DNA of 64,000 nucleotides, from NCBI GenBank assembly GCA_977017575.1, contig CDRNVI010000087.1:310001-374000 (forward strand), given 5' to 3'. The position numbers were made by a program, and so were the translations under genes. Position 1 is the first letter of the stretch. Each line of letters opens with the position of its first letter. The notes below the pieces were generated by a model. The model searched no databases. It saw only the letters and a list, made by a program, of their open reading frames with translations, and had not been told where the DNA came from. Source of the stretch: Paramoeba atlantica (lineage: Eukaryota; Protista; Discosea). This document shows positions 22,510 to 33,700 of the stretch, in pieces.

Positions 22510-23068
22510 GGGCGGGGTTTTTATGGCGTGGTAGGTTTTTTTTGAGGGATTTTATAGGTTCGTTTAGGTTTTTCATGGAAGATTATGGTGTGGTGAGAGG
22601 AGAAAATGATTTTGAATGGACATGGAACAGGTTCGTAGCAGTCAAAAAGATACATTTCAAGTGATGGATTCTAGTTTTGGTAGTTGCGAAAGTATTATGA
22701 AATTGATTTGTTTCACTGACCCAACGCGTTGATATTTTTATTTCCGTATGTGACATGATTTACGTGTGGTTTGGGCTTTTTCGTGTAGCTTTCCCCGTTG
22801 AGCCAATTTTAAAGTGATTTTTTATGTGCTTACTTTTAGCTTCGCGTTCCACGTGTTTTTTGACAGAAATTTATAGCACTGTTCTATAAAAAATTATGCG
22901 TTGATTCATTGACATATGATTTGTGAAAGTATTTGCCGAACCCATGGCGGATATTCCCTTACGTTTACGTTTAATTCCGAGGATATTAAACTATTACGAA
23001 TATTAGCTTGCTTTCAAAAGGTTACGGAGTATCGCATACTTCTCTCTTGCAAATAAAAGCTTTTACAC

Positions 23069-23743
23069 ATGACGTCTCATGTAATGGGTCTTTTGCACTG
23101 TGCTGACCAGGATTTGAAGGAAAACGGTACAAAAAAGAGTGCACTCTATCCCGGGTCTAAGATACGCGGCACCGATCTTCCCATCGAGTATGATTTAGCG
23201 CGGCTTGTCAGAGGCATAGAAAACCCTCGTAAATCCTGGACGACAGAGTGTCCTGGATGTCTGTGGGAAGGAGTTAAGTGTGACAAGAATGGAACTGTGA
23301 CAGATATCAGGTGGACGTATAACACTCTTTGCGGCTCATTAGACCTCGGATATCTTCCTTCTCAGTTAAAAGCATTTCGCGCTTACCGCAACAAGCTTTC
23401 CGGAGATTTTCCGTTTTCCGTTTTGCCTGAAACGTTAGAGACGCTATTAATACAGGAGAACAACTTTCATGGAACCTTCAATTCTTACGATTTGCCTCCG
23501 TTGTTGGAAGTTTTGAACATTGAGAAAAACCGATTTTCAGGATACGTTGACTTCTTTGCCTTTCCAGCCTCGTTGAGGTTTGCGTATATAAGTGGTAATG
23601 AAATGTTGCAAGGAAAATTGGATGTCATAGATTTGCCGAAAGACATATTTTATGACGTTAACGGAACTCAAGTCATTGTTAGCAATGGCCCGTTAAGTCG
23701 ATGTGATATAGAAAACTTGATGAACCTTGGGTGGGGTTATTAA
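23069..23743 (+). CDS. Small LRR protein, copy 5 (3 canonical repeats)
   Basis: SKIRGTDLPIEYDLARL, SWTTECPGCLWEGVKC, LRRs. Confidence 0.85.
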   Translation: MTSHVMGLLHCADQDLKENGTKKSALYPGSKIRGTDLPIEYDLARLVRGIENPRKSWTTECPGCLWEGVKCDKNGTVTDIRWTYNTLCGSLDLGYLPSQLKAFRAYRNKLSGDFPFSVLPETLETLLIQENNFHGTFNSYDLPPLLEVLNIEKNRFSGYVDFFAFPASLRFAYISGNEMLQGKLDVIDLPKDIFYDVNGTQVIVSNGPLSRCDIENLMNLGWGY

Positions 23744-24536
23744 TATTGCTACTATTGTAAACGATTGTTGATGATCTTACACAACATTTCCCGGCAGATA
23801 CAAGCCTCCGTTCAAGAGATCTATGTCATAAACTTCAATGCCATAAACTTCGAGAACCATAATAATTTTCTGATTATCATTATAATTATCATTGTTAATG
23901 GTCTTTAAAAACATCTTAGAACTTTATTTATTTACCTTTTTGTCATTTATTCTTTATCTTTGTTTAAAAATAGATTGCTTTTGGCGAAAAAGTCGCTTTC
24001 GTCTCAAGAAAATTGCCATAAACTTCAAGAATGATAATAATTTTCTGAGTCTCAATATCATTATCATTGTTAATGGTCTTTAAAAACATCTTAGAACCTT
24101 ATTTATTTACTTTTGTTATTTATTCTTTATCTTTGCTTAAAAATAGATTGCTTTTGGCGAAAAAGTCGCTTTGGCCTCAAGAAAATTTTAGAAAATATTG
24201 CCTACGTGAAAACAGGCTGACAATTTAGAGTTTTAGATAATTTAGAGTTTTCACCATGCACAATAATATTTTTTTAGATGATTATTATTAGCGATAGAGG
24301 GAGAAGTAGCGTATTTATGCTGTAGCCTTCAAAGTGACCGAATTTAGTTGCTAGTTTTTTTTACTAACTATTTTACAAAGTCAAAGTCTTTTACAGGAGT
24401 ACCTTTGAGCAGCTATTTTCTGTTCGCACACTCGCCAAACGCGAATCAGACTATAATTTCCCAACTCTACTATAAGCTGTATAGAACTCAATGATCTTTC
24501 AAATAAGGCTAACTATCTTTCACAGATTCCTTGGGA

Positions 24537-25258
24537 ATGATTAGCAGATCTCGGCCCGCTAAAGTAAGTCATGCTGTTCTTCCACAAGACTACAAATTAG
24601 AGAAAGTCTTAGAAAACGTCGAATGTTAGCATTCGTCCTGGAGCCTGTCGCAGCACTAGTGTACTTGGCATGGTGTCAAATATGATGCACACCATCATAT
24701 ATGCAAAATGGATTAGTCTTTTGATTGGGACGAACTGAATCTGCATGGGAAATTAGATTTTTCTTACTTTCCCTGTAGTCTACAATTGCTTGACTTAAAT
24801 TTCAATAACGTACAACAAAAATTACCTTTGCATGCATTGATCCCTAAGCTACACACCTAGATCTTAGAAAACAACCACGTTTTCGCCCCCGTAGAATTGG
24901 AATCGCTTCCCAGAACACTGAAAATAGTAAATCTCACCCGAAATCAGTTTTCCTGGAGGTATGCCTTACTGCACTTCCGCTCCACGTTGAAGAGCTTAGG
25001 ATTTACCAAAATGAACTCACGGGGACGCCGGACCTTACTGCTCTCCCGTCTGGGAGGTTAAGACTGGATTTCACATCGAACCGATTTTCAGGGAATAATG
25101 AATTCTCACATCTTGAATTGTTTTCAGACACACTTGAATTGTTTTCGTTAGGTAGGAACTTGTCACTGGAAGGTGAAGTGATGCGAGAGTGTCTTCTGAA
25201 ACCGTTGCAAGACGACAAGGCTATGTTTTACAGTACGAATATTAAGGTAATGGATTGA
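24537..25258 (+). pseudogene. LRR pseudogene, copy 6
   Basis: MISRSRPAKVSHAVLPQDYKL start, recognisable cap and LRRs; four in-frame TAG codons and a frameshift near 24955. Confidence 0.85.
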
Positions 25259-25398
25259 TCTGTGGGGATGTTTTGTACTTTATCTACATGTACAGAATAC
25301 ACCAATGTTCGATGCCTAATTCTGGGAATAGCGATTCGGAGGGACTAAAAAGCTGTTTCTTTGTTAAAGTAAAGTGAAGAAGTAAGTCTTACTGTATT

Positions 25399-26013
25399 TT
25401 GAGTAATAAATTAACATTTCTCTCATTGTCTCTCGACATGAATTGTACTTTGAAGACGCGGCCTGCAAAAGTAAGCGGTGTTGCTCTTCCCCAGGAGTAC
25501 GATCTGGTGCGTCTCGTCCTAGATGTGAAGACACACCATTCCACGTGGAGCATTGACACAGACGCATGTGAGTGGTGTGGAATCACATGCGATATGCAAA
25601 AAAAAGTAGCACAAATCAACTGGGTAGCGCGTCGTCTGCGTGGTGCATTAAACTGGAAGTACATCCCCCATACAGTGCACTATATACACTTTGGTAGTAA
25701 CGTGTTGTCCGGCAATGTTGATTTTTATCATCTTCCATCCACACTTCGAACGCTGAATTTGTACCAAAATCATTTTACGGGAACCCCAAACTTTGTGCAT
25801 TTACCTGAAATCACAACTATTGATTTAAGCAATAATTGTTTTAGGGGGTACATGGATCTTGATTTACTTCCGGAGTCCGTTACTTATTTTTACGTCCTGG
25901 GGAATAAAGGACTCAGTGGTACATTGAATGTGAAACGCTACCGTAGTTTGTGTTATGACGTTACGAGTACGCAAATTACGACAAGCAATGATATTTTGTT
26001 TCGGTATTATTAA
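25399..26013 (+). CDS. Small LRR protein, copy 7 (3 canonical repeats)
   Basis: RPAKVSGVALPQEYDL, TWSIDTDACEWCGITC, LRRs. Confidence 0.85.
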   Translation: MSNKLTFLSLSLDMNCTLKTRPAKVSGVALPQEYDLVRLVLDVKTHHSTWSIDTDACEWCGITCDMQKKVAQINWVARRLRGALNWKYIPHTVHYIHFGSNVLSGNVDFYHLPSTLRTLNLYQNHFTGTPNFVHLPEITTIDLSNNCFRGYMDLDLLPESVTYFYVLGNKGLSGTLNVKRYRSLCYDVTSTQITTSNDILFRYY

Positions 26014-26307
26014 ATTGCAATAAAATCAAAAATGCATAAAGAAGGTATTTCCCGTGAGGGCACTTCCGGTGAGTAGTCATCTAATATCAGTATTAGTCAT
26101 CTAATAACGAAATGTCCATGTTTTTACTAATCAGTAATTGATGACTGCTTGATTTGGATCTTGATCAGTAGATAAGTTGTAATCATGAATTTATGAAACG
26201 ATGGAAACTTAAACTACTAAATTTAATTACTACTCAACTCATCCGTTATTAATTTTTCTGAATTTAAATGAAAAAAATGACTTCTGGAAGAACTGTATAA
26301 AGCTATC

Positions 26308-27045
26308 TTGAACTGTTTTCCTTCCAACATGTTTTCCACCTTTTCCGCCGCAGATGCAAGCAACGAGTCGTACACAACGAAACGTGCAGCAAAAGTGAGC
26401 AAGACGAATCTTCCGCAAGAATACGAACTTGCACAACTGGTGCGTAATATTGAGAAGCCACACTCTTCGTGGAATACATCGACATCTGCCTGTAAGTGGC
26501 GCGGTGTATATTGTAACGGAGAAGAAGATGTCCCGATGTTTGGCTTCGTCATGAAAGCAACAACAGGTAATATAACGAGTATAAAGTGGTCTATGAGGCA
26601 ACTAACCGGTTTCTTAAATTTTGATTATCTACCGAAAACATTGAACGAATTTAAACTTGAATTCAACAAACTTTCTGGGGAAGTGCTGCTTCGCACTTTT
26701 CCTTCAAAATTGAGTTATCTAAACATGCATCGAAATCAATTTAGTGGAACATTGGACTTAACAGCTCTGCCTCCGAATTTGAACACTTTGATCCTTTCTA
26801 GTAACCAATTTACAGGTGAAATTTGCTTGAATAATTTGCCCTCAGGTTTAAAACGCCTTTCTCTTCGCGAGAATAAATTATCCGGAAAGCTTTTAATCAG
26901 CGCAAACATTCCATTATCATTAGAATCTCTTGATTTGTCATTCAATGTAAAGCTGTCAGGCGAGGTGAAAAAAGAGCTCCTTCCAGAAAAATTACGCTAC
27001 GGAATTGGGATTACTAGAACCATGGTCACGCTTTTATCAGATTAG
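26308..27045 (+). CDS. Small LRR protein, copy 8 (subfamily A, one repeat fewer)
   Basis: KRAAKVSKTNLPQEYEL, ACKWRGVYC, loop insertion GEEDVPMFGFVMKATTG, fused repeat LSGKLLISANIPLS. Confidence 0.88.
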   Translation: MNCFPSNMFSTFSAADASNESYTTKRAAKVSKTNLPQEYELAQLVRNIEKPHSSWNTSTSACKWRGVYCNGEEDVPMFGFVMKATTGNITSIKWSMRQLTGFLNFDYLPKTLNEFKLEFNKLSGEVLLRTFPSKLSYLNMHRNQFSGTLDLTALPPNLNTLILSSNQFTGEICLNNLPSGLKRLSLRENKLSGKLLISANIPLSLESLDLSFNVKLSGEVKKELLPEKLRYGIGITRTMVTLLSD

Positions 27046-27605
27046 CGCCCCATTTCTAAAAATTCCTTTTGTTAAAGTTGGAAACGCAAGTTTGGTTATA
27101 AAGCGATGCTCAGCGACATCTTATCCCCCACAGTACATGTCGCGAAATTACTTTGAGTTTGTAAATCAATGAGATATTGAGACAATAACACACTGAGCTC
27201 CGGAGCAGACTCCGATATTAGTTTTATGTACATTTTCATTGATTCAGACCCCCCCGTTTATGCGCGCTTTTTACTAAAAACCTTGTGCGCTTAAGCGGAG
27301 GGGAGATCATTTATATTTATATACAATATGAATCTTTATATTTGTTTATGAAAATTAATGAGAGGGAGAGAGTGAGTGAGCGGAAAGCCCTATTATATTT
27401 CACTTTAACTGATAGTACGAACCAATTTGTTTTTTTTAAACTTACCCAGAGTATTTAAAGAAAGCGTAGTACAAGTGTAAGATTTGAGTAAGAAACTTTA
27501 TTAGACAAGAATTTATTCACCTTTACATAGTGCTCAAATTTATTGTTATTAAATTTCCAACACTAACAGACAAACTTTACAAGCTTTCTCACGTACCTTT
27601 GCTTA

Positions 27606-27977
27606 CTAGGCACCTTTGCTTTCCACAGACACTTTCTCCCACGAATCGTACGGAGCCCAAAAGTAAGACTTGCATTTTAATTTTTTGCTTACTTCATCAT
27701 GGTGCCAGAACTCTGTTCCGTTGTCGTATGTTATTGTTCGAACTTTGTCATTCTTTAACCAATCTACAATTTGTTTGCTTACCCCCTTCGCGTGCTTAGA
27801 TTCCAACTTGCGAAGAACAAGGAAGCGACTCTTACGCTTGCACAGGGTAAGAATACCCTGTGGATGTATATCCGGTCCTCCGCCCTCGACCAAGTCTGCT
27901 TCCCAATCACCGTAGCGCCGACGCTTATTGATTACTTCTGGTCGATTTTCAAGTGGCATTCGGTTGGGATATCCGAA
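27606..27977 (-). pseudogene. IS30-family transposase catalytic-core fragment
   Basis: GYPNRMPLENRPEVINKRRRYGDWEADLVEG...RKSRF...TITYDNGTEF...PYDSWEKVSVE; D-D(33)-E; truncated at both ends, no IRs identified. Confidence 0.85.
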
Positions 27978-28169
27978 GGATATTATAAAATAATACTTCT
28001 TTAAATAATTGATGGTGCACTGGAAAAGAGAATGCAGTTTTTAAGAAAAAGTGGTGCACTGGAAATGACAAGAAAATTGTTTTAAAAAAAATATTAAAAG
28101 TGGTGCGTTGGTGTTGACAATCCGCCAAGACGTCACTTCGATACCCGGAGTGGTCGTTGCCGGTGTTTC

Positions 28170-28586
28170 AAAGTAGAGACAGCGGCTGGGGTTTTCCCAT
28201 TTTTGAGTATGTCATCAGTACCACCGTGCTGAGTGGCTTCATCAATAATCAAAAGTGTGGGGGGCAGTGGGCTTCTTCATAGTTTCACGTTCTGAGGTAA
28301 TTATCTCCTTAAATTGAGTCAGAAAAGTTGCCCATATCGAGGCGTCTTGAAAAAGAGATCCTTTTCGGGCACATTGTAGGTCGCTTCCAATACACGGTTG
28401 GTTTCCTGAAATATGAATTGCAACATTTTGGCTTCTCCAGCTGCAGATGAAAGAACGTTGCCAGTCCTGCTTTTCACGACAAACTGATATTGTGCGGTAC
28501 TCACCTGGATCAATGCGTTCCCGAGTCCAAGTGGCATTCACTTGTCCTAATCCCAGACAAATAAAGAATTCGTCTGTGTTAAACAC
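28170..28586 (-). pseudogene. pogo-like transposase fragment related to the 33954 enzyme
   Basis: FNTDEFFICL, WTRERI, KMLQFIF, LIIDEATQH in shifting frames. Confidence 0.75.
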
Positions 28587-28723
28587 ACACTCTTATTATT
28601 ATCTAATTAAGTAGTGGGGTACAGTACGAAAACACAAAGAAATCTAAAACTCACAGTGTGTAATACTGTCACCAACCATTGGTTTTGATCTTTCATACTC
28701 TTTCTTGGTTTTGATATTGCATA

Positions 28724-30207
28724 CTCCCCCTCTCATTAATCTTTATAAATTATATATGTAACAAAAAATGAGTCATATTTTTTTTTGCTGTTATAATTAT
28801 AATTATAAATTAATGAAAGAAAATGGAGCTAGAGGAGACCTTCGATGAATCTTCATCGAAGGTGTTCTCGACATTTTTTAAAATTTGCTCGAACGAATTC
28901 TTCCATTTCTTGAAGCGTATAAAATTAATTTCATTTAAGATTTAGTAAGTTTTTTTTCTTTGAATTCTGACTTTCCGCTTTCTCTCACATTTTTTACAAC
29001 GACAAACCAGCAAGATCGCTTTAATGGAAACCCGGATGCTACGCTTAAAAGTTTTACTCTTTTGGAGGCCGCCACCTACCGAGAGCATAGGCGTGGCCCA
29101 CTTGGGGACGTCCAAGATCCCCGCCTCCTCAATCCTGCGCTCTGGCGTGATGTACCCTTACGTCCTGTTTGTACCCATTGTCCAGCGTTCAAATACGTGA
29201 AGCATTGGTCGGTGTTAGCACCATCAGTGGGTACCCGCACATTTATAATGCATATTAAGCTGCACATTGCTAATGCATATAACATAAATTATTTATAATG
29301 CATATAGCACATTTGTAATGCATATAGCACATTTATAATGCATATAGCACATTTATAATGCATATCGCAATAGTGAATTTCTTGGGCACCTCAACTTATT
29401 TTTTTTTGCAGCATTCACCAGTTTATGTCGCAGACGGGTAAACAAGGTCTGGGTTTATTGGCCCGGCCGGCCCTTCCGTGCGTTCGGCCTCTCATATTCC
29501 CCAAAACAACTACCACCTTCCCCCCATTTATCAGGGGTCGCTCACGCGACCCCCGCTAAATAGGGGGGAAGGTGGTAGTTGTGGGGTATGGAGGCCTCTC
29601 GCAACTCCGGGGCCTCACCGGGAGCAAAGGTGAAACCCCTTTGCATCCCTGGCTAAATGAATTTTTCGGTTAGTTCGCCTGTTGGAAATTTTTTGTGCAA
29701 TATGCATTATGAATGTGCTATATGCATTATAAATGTGCTGATGGGGTGAGATGGTAATTCCAGGGAAGACTACGAGGAGGTTCTGACCTTACTTCTCGGT
29801 ATCGAGTTTGCATCCGACTTTTAGAGAAAGTTGCTTCTTTACAAAAACGATATTATCATGATACTTTTCATGGCTTATTTGAAACATCCTTGGTACTCCA
29901 AGCATGTTGCGCTGAGAACGCCCATACATGCACGAAAACGATATATTTATCGTAATTTTCCTACCGTTATTGTCCACCACAGAAATCAACCACTTTCTCT
30001 TCTCTGAAAGAAACCGCTGTGAAGGACGACCATCTACGCCCATGAAGTAATTCATTTTCAGTAGAACAAAAGAGTGATTTTTGTTTGCTTCGAAATTAAA
30101 TTTAAAAAGAATAGTTGAATTTGTTTGATTTATAAAAATTAATGAGAGCGCGTAAAACGAATTTTTATGACTCGAAATCCATTTATAAAAATTAATGAGA
30201 GGGGGAG
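28724..30207. mobile_element. Non-autonomous TA-TSD element with CTCCCCCTCTCATTAAT TIRs carrying captured or nested sequence
   Basis: 27-bp TIRs (26/27 match), TA flanks; contains 20-bp ttataatgcatatagcacat repeats, a foldback and an unknown ORF (29789-30055, minus). Confidence 0.8.
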
Positions 30208-30593
30208 TACATAAAGGGGGGGCTCGTCTATTGTTGGCAACTTTTTTTGGCCAACAATGGCCGATTGCCAACAATAGATGATACAATATCCCCCTTAATC
30301 AACAATAGATGGAACGGCAATAAAATCATCTATTGTTGGCAATCAAAACAACTTAGACTACTTTTATGACTCACTCGAAAAAACTCGAAAAAGTCGAAAA
30401 AAACGGTCACAAGCGGATACATGTGAGTTACATGTAACTCACGAGCGAATACATGTACTGTAGATACATGTACTGTAGATCACTTAGTACCAACTTCGAG
30501 TGTGATTTTTTTCTATTACACTTAATTTAAAGCGATTTTATCTTTCGGGCTTTCGAGCACAAAGGTACACTTTTTTCCCCGGTCACACCGGGG

Positions 30594-30967
30594 ACAAATT
30601 TACAGGCAATCCGGATCTTACCAGACTGCCGAAGCTCTCGGATGCCGTATGGATGGAAAGAAACGAATTGTCTGGTGATATATGCCTTACACAATTGCCC
30701 GTCGATCTGGTACATCTTGACGTTAGTGATAATTTCTTAACAGGAAAATTAGATTTGGGAGCACTCCCGCGCACTCTTGAATCCTTGTACTTGTCTGGAA
30801 ACGAATTCGAAGGAATGGTGGACCTATCGCTCCTTCCAGAGAATCTAGATGCCCTTGCATTAGATAACAATGCGCTTCTGGAAGGTACAGTAGTTGCGAG
30901 TGAGCTCCATCCGCGGTTAAAGAAACGCATTGATGTATCGAATACCAAGCTCGTGATATTAAGATAA
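30594..30967 (+). pseudogene. 5'-truncated LRR gene fragment, copy 9
   Basis: Close nucleotide match to the 3' half of copy 14 from acaaatttacaggcaatccggat onward; no cap or start. Confidence 0.85.
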
Positions 30968-31419
30968 TGATTTAGGAAGCACTACTTCCCAGGTCAAAAA
31001 TGAAAATCCAGAAAATTAAAATTTAAATTTTCATTCTCATTTTTGATTTTCAGTTTCCTTTTTTTGATCATGGTAGAGAAAGTACATGTATGAAGCAATG
31101 AGAAAATAGATGCATGAAGCATGGCGTTAAGATTACTTTGAAGCTGTTTGTTTCTGAAAATGTTTTGTAATAAATAATATTCGCTGCAGTCATTGGATTT
31201 GCTGCTTATCGTTCTATAAATGTTCTTGAAATTCATAGGTTGAACTTAAAACGTACTTAACTTACTGAATAGAAGTAATCACCTAACTCACTCAATATAA
31301 TTTATATATCTCAATATAATTTATGAGTATATTTGTCATCTTTTCACGAAAAGTAATGTCAGATAACTAAGGGGGTCCAGTATAACTGTTTTGATGAATT
31401 AGCGTTCGATCATTTTCTT

Positions 31420-32283
31420 TTGTTATTTATTCAATTTACGTTTTCAATGATGTTTACTGCAGTATTCTTGCGTGACACGTTGGAACCGCTCTCGAAGCGT
31501 CGCAAGACGAATCATACTTCTGATTCTGCTTTAGTTCAAGAAATACCAAAGTCCGTGCACGGAGTACGTCTAGAAAAAGTAAGCATGAAGAATCTTCCAC
31601 AAGAATATGAACTTGCAGAACTTGTACACAATCTTGAATATCGGCATCCCTCGTGGAATGTATCTCTCCCTGCTTGTAAGTGGTATGGCGTGTGTTGTAA
31701 CGAAGCGAATGAGGTAACGTCTATTAGTTGGTCTATGATAAATGTACCATTATCACTCTCTATTATACGTGTAAAGCTAACAGGTTCGTTGAATTTTGGT
31801 TATTTACCCAAAACGCTATACACCCTTTACGTGTGCGAGAACAAGCTTTCAGGAAAAGTGCCTCTTAACACTTTCCCGTCCCATTTGCGTACGTTGAGTC
31901 TACGTGAGAATCAGTTGAGCGGAACATTGGACTTGACATCTCTCCCTCCTAAATTGGAAACTCTAACGCTTTCTCGTAACCGATTTACTGGTGAAATATG
32001 CTTAAAGAAATTGCCGTTAACATTGACAAGTGTTTGTCTCGATGGGAACCAGTTATTCGGAGAGCTTTGTTTCAGCGAACTTTCTAAATTATCATTTGTC
32101 CGACTTGACGGCAACAATTTTTCTGGGGAGCTTAATGTGAGACGCCTTCCCCATACACTAGAACATATTGATCTGTCACACAACGTAAACCTATCCGGAA
32201 AGATAAAAGAGAGTCTTCTTCCCAAAATTCTGCGCGATGAGTTTGTGATAGAGAACACCAACATTACACTGTTAACAACATAG
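31420..32283 (+). CDS. Small LRR protein, copy 10 (subfamily A); start probably ATG near 31448
   Basis: RLEKVSMKNLPQEYEL, SWNVSLPACKWYGVCC, insertion MINVPLSLSII, LRRs, IENTNITLLTT. Confidence 0.88.
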   Translation: MLFIQFTFSMMFTAVFLRDTLEPLSKRRKTNHTSDSALVQEIPKSVHGVRLEKVSMKNLPQEYELAELVHNLEYRHPSWNVSLPACKWYGVCCNEANEVTSISWSMINVPLSLSIIRVKLTGSLNFGYLPKTLYTLYVCENKLSGKVPLNTFPSHLRTLSLRENQLSGTLDLTSLPPKLETLTLSRNRFTGEICLKKLPLTLTSVCLDGNQLFGELCFSELSKLSFVRLDGNNFSGELNVRRLPHTLEHIDLSHNVNLSGKIKESLLPKILRDEFVIENTNITLLTT

Positions 32284-33700
32284 TGTAGTCTTTTTAAAGA
32301 CCGACACCAATATAAAAACTAGACTACCTCCTATCTTCTGATAATCTGTCACCCCTAGTGGCAAGATGAAAGGAGAATGTACGGGTAGGAGAATGTGTGG
32401 GTACGAAGAGGACACCCTCACCTAGGGGGTTCTGTTACCAAAAACTAGAAAAAGCAAAAGTTACAAAAACGACATCATTATCGCCTGTGAAGATTCCATT
32501 CTGCCGAGGACCGTTCACTTTCAAACTGAAAAAGTACAAGCATCGTTTCAAGACCTTTTTGGCAAAAGGTGAAGAAAAAAGGTGACAGACAACTAGGGGC
32601 ATCATAAGCAAAAAAAAGTGGGTATCTGACGCTGTTAGAGTCCCTGGTGTTATTACGGGATGGGCATTTAAGAGACAATATGGGGTTGCGGTCATACCAT
32701 TTGAAATGGGGCAAAATAACTACAAGTATAAATAACTACAGGTGTTTAGTAGAATTGAGCAAAATTAAACACTAATTAAAACTTAAAGTATGGGACTTAA
32801 AGTAGGGGAGCGGAATATGAATGAAAAATACGTGAAAAACTGATAAAAATTGAAAAAAAGAAGGGGAAAAATGATTGAAGAGGAATAATATTTACAAGGG
32901 AAAAATAAAGTCAACTGAATGCACGCACAAGAGCCCAAGTACACGAAAACAAGTACGAATCAATAAAATTGTATTTATGGTTACCAACATGTCTAGTAGC
33001 TCTTACATCTTTTCATTGGAGATTCTTTCTGCTCGTAGACAAGGTTCCCAGCCCTCAAGAAGTTGTTTACGAGTACTGATGCTTCCGCTTACCGCAAAAC
33101 AGTTGACAATACAACTTGTTTACGACGTGAAACCCACAATCGTTATCCCCCGGTACTCAATATTACAGTAAAAGAAAAATAGGCACCGCTTCGCGGCGCC
33201 AATCTTTACGAAGATTTGAAATTAAACTCTAAATAGGGGGGGCAAAGTACTAAATAGTAAATAAGGGGAGGGGGTGGTGTATCTGAGCATTAGAGCACCA
33301 CGCACTGAGAAGATGCTTTTAACATCTTTGAAGTGTAGACTAATGCACAGATCATGCAGTTGAATCAAATAAGTGCACCCACCTGGAACGCCGTGCATAT
33401 CTCAATTCGTCGGTAAATCACTGATGAGCTGTAAAATCATCGACTACGATAGCGGTAGGTAATCAGGAGTCCTTAAAAATTCCCATCTACCGTTGTAGAA
33501 TTTGACAGAATGTGTTTCAGAAAAAATGTCCTTTTTGACCCATCCTAATAACGACGATACAAAGACTATAACTGCATTCGATAATCCAGTGGAAGCACAA
33601 CTTGACGATTGGACACAATTGACTTGACAATTGGAGCACAACTTGACATTCGAAGACAATCGCGGGTGGTAGTGGCACGTATTTGGAATAAACATAAATA

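Noticed and set aside
24537-25258. TAG stop-codon reassignment
   Set aside because: Paralogues terminate at TAG (1473, 32281, 55852), the stops align to different amino acids, and a frameshift is also present
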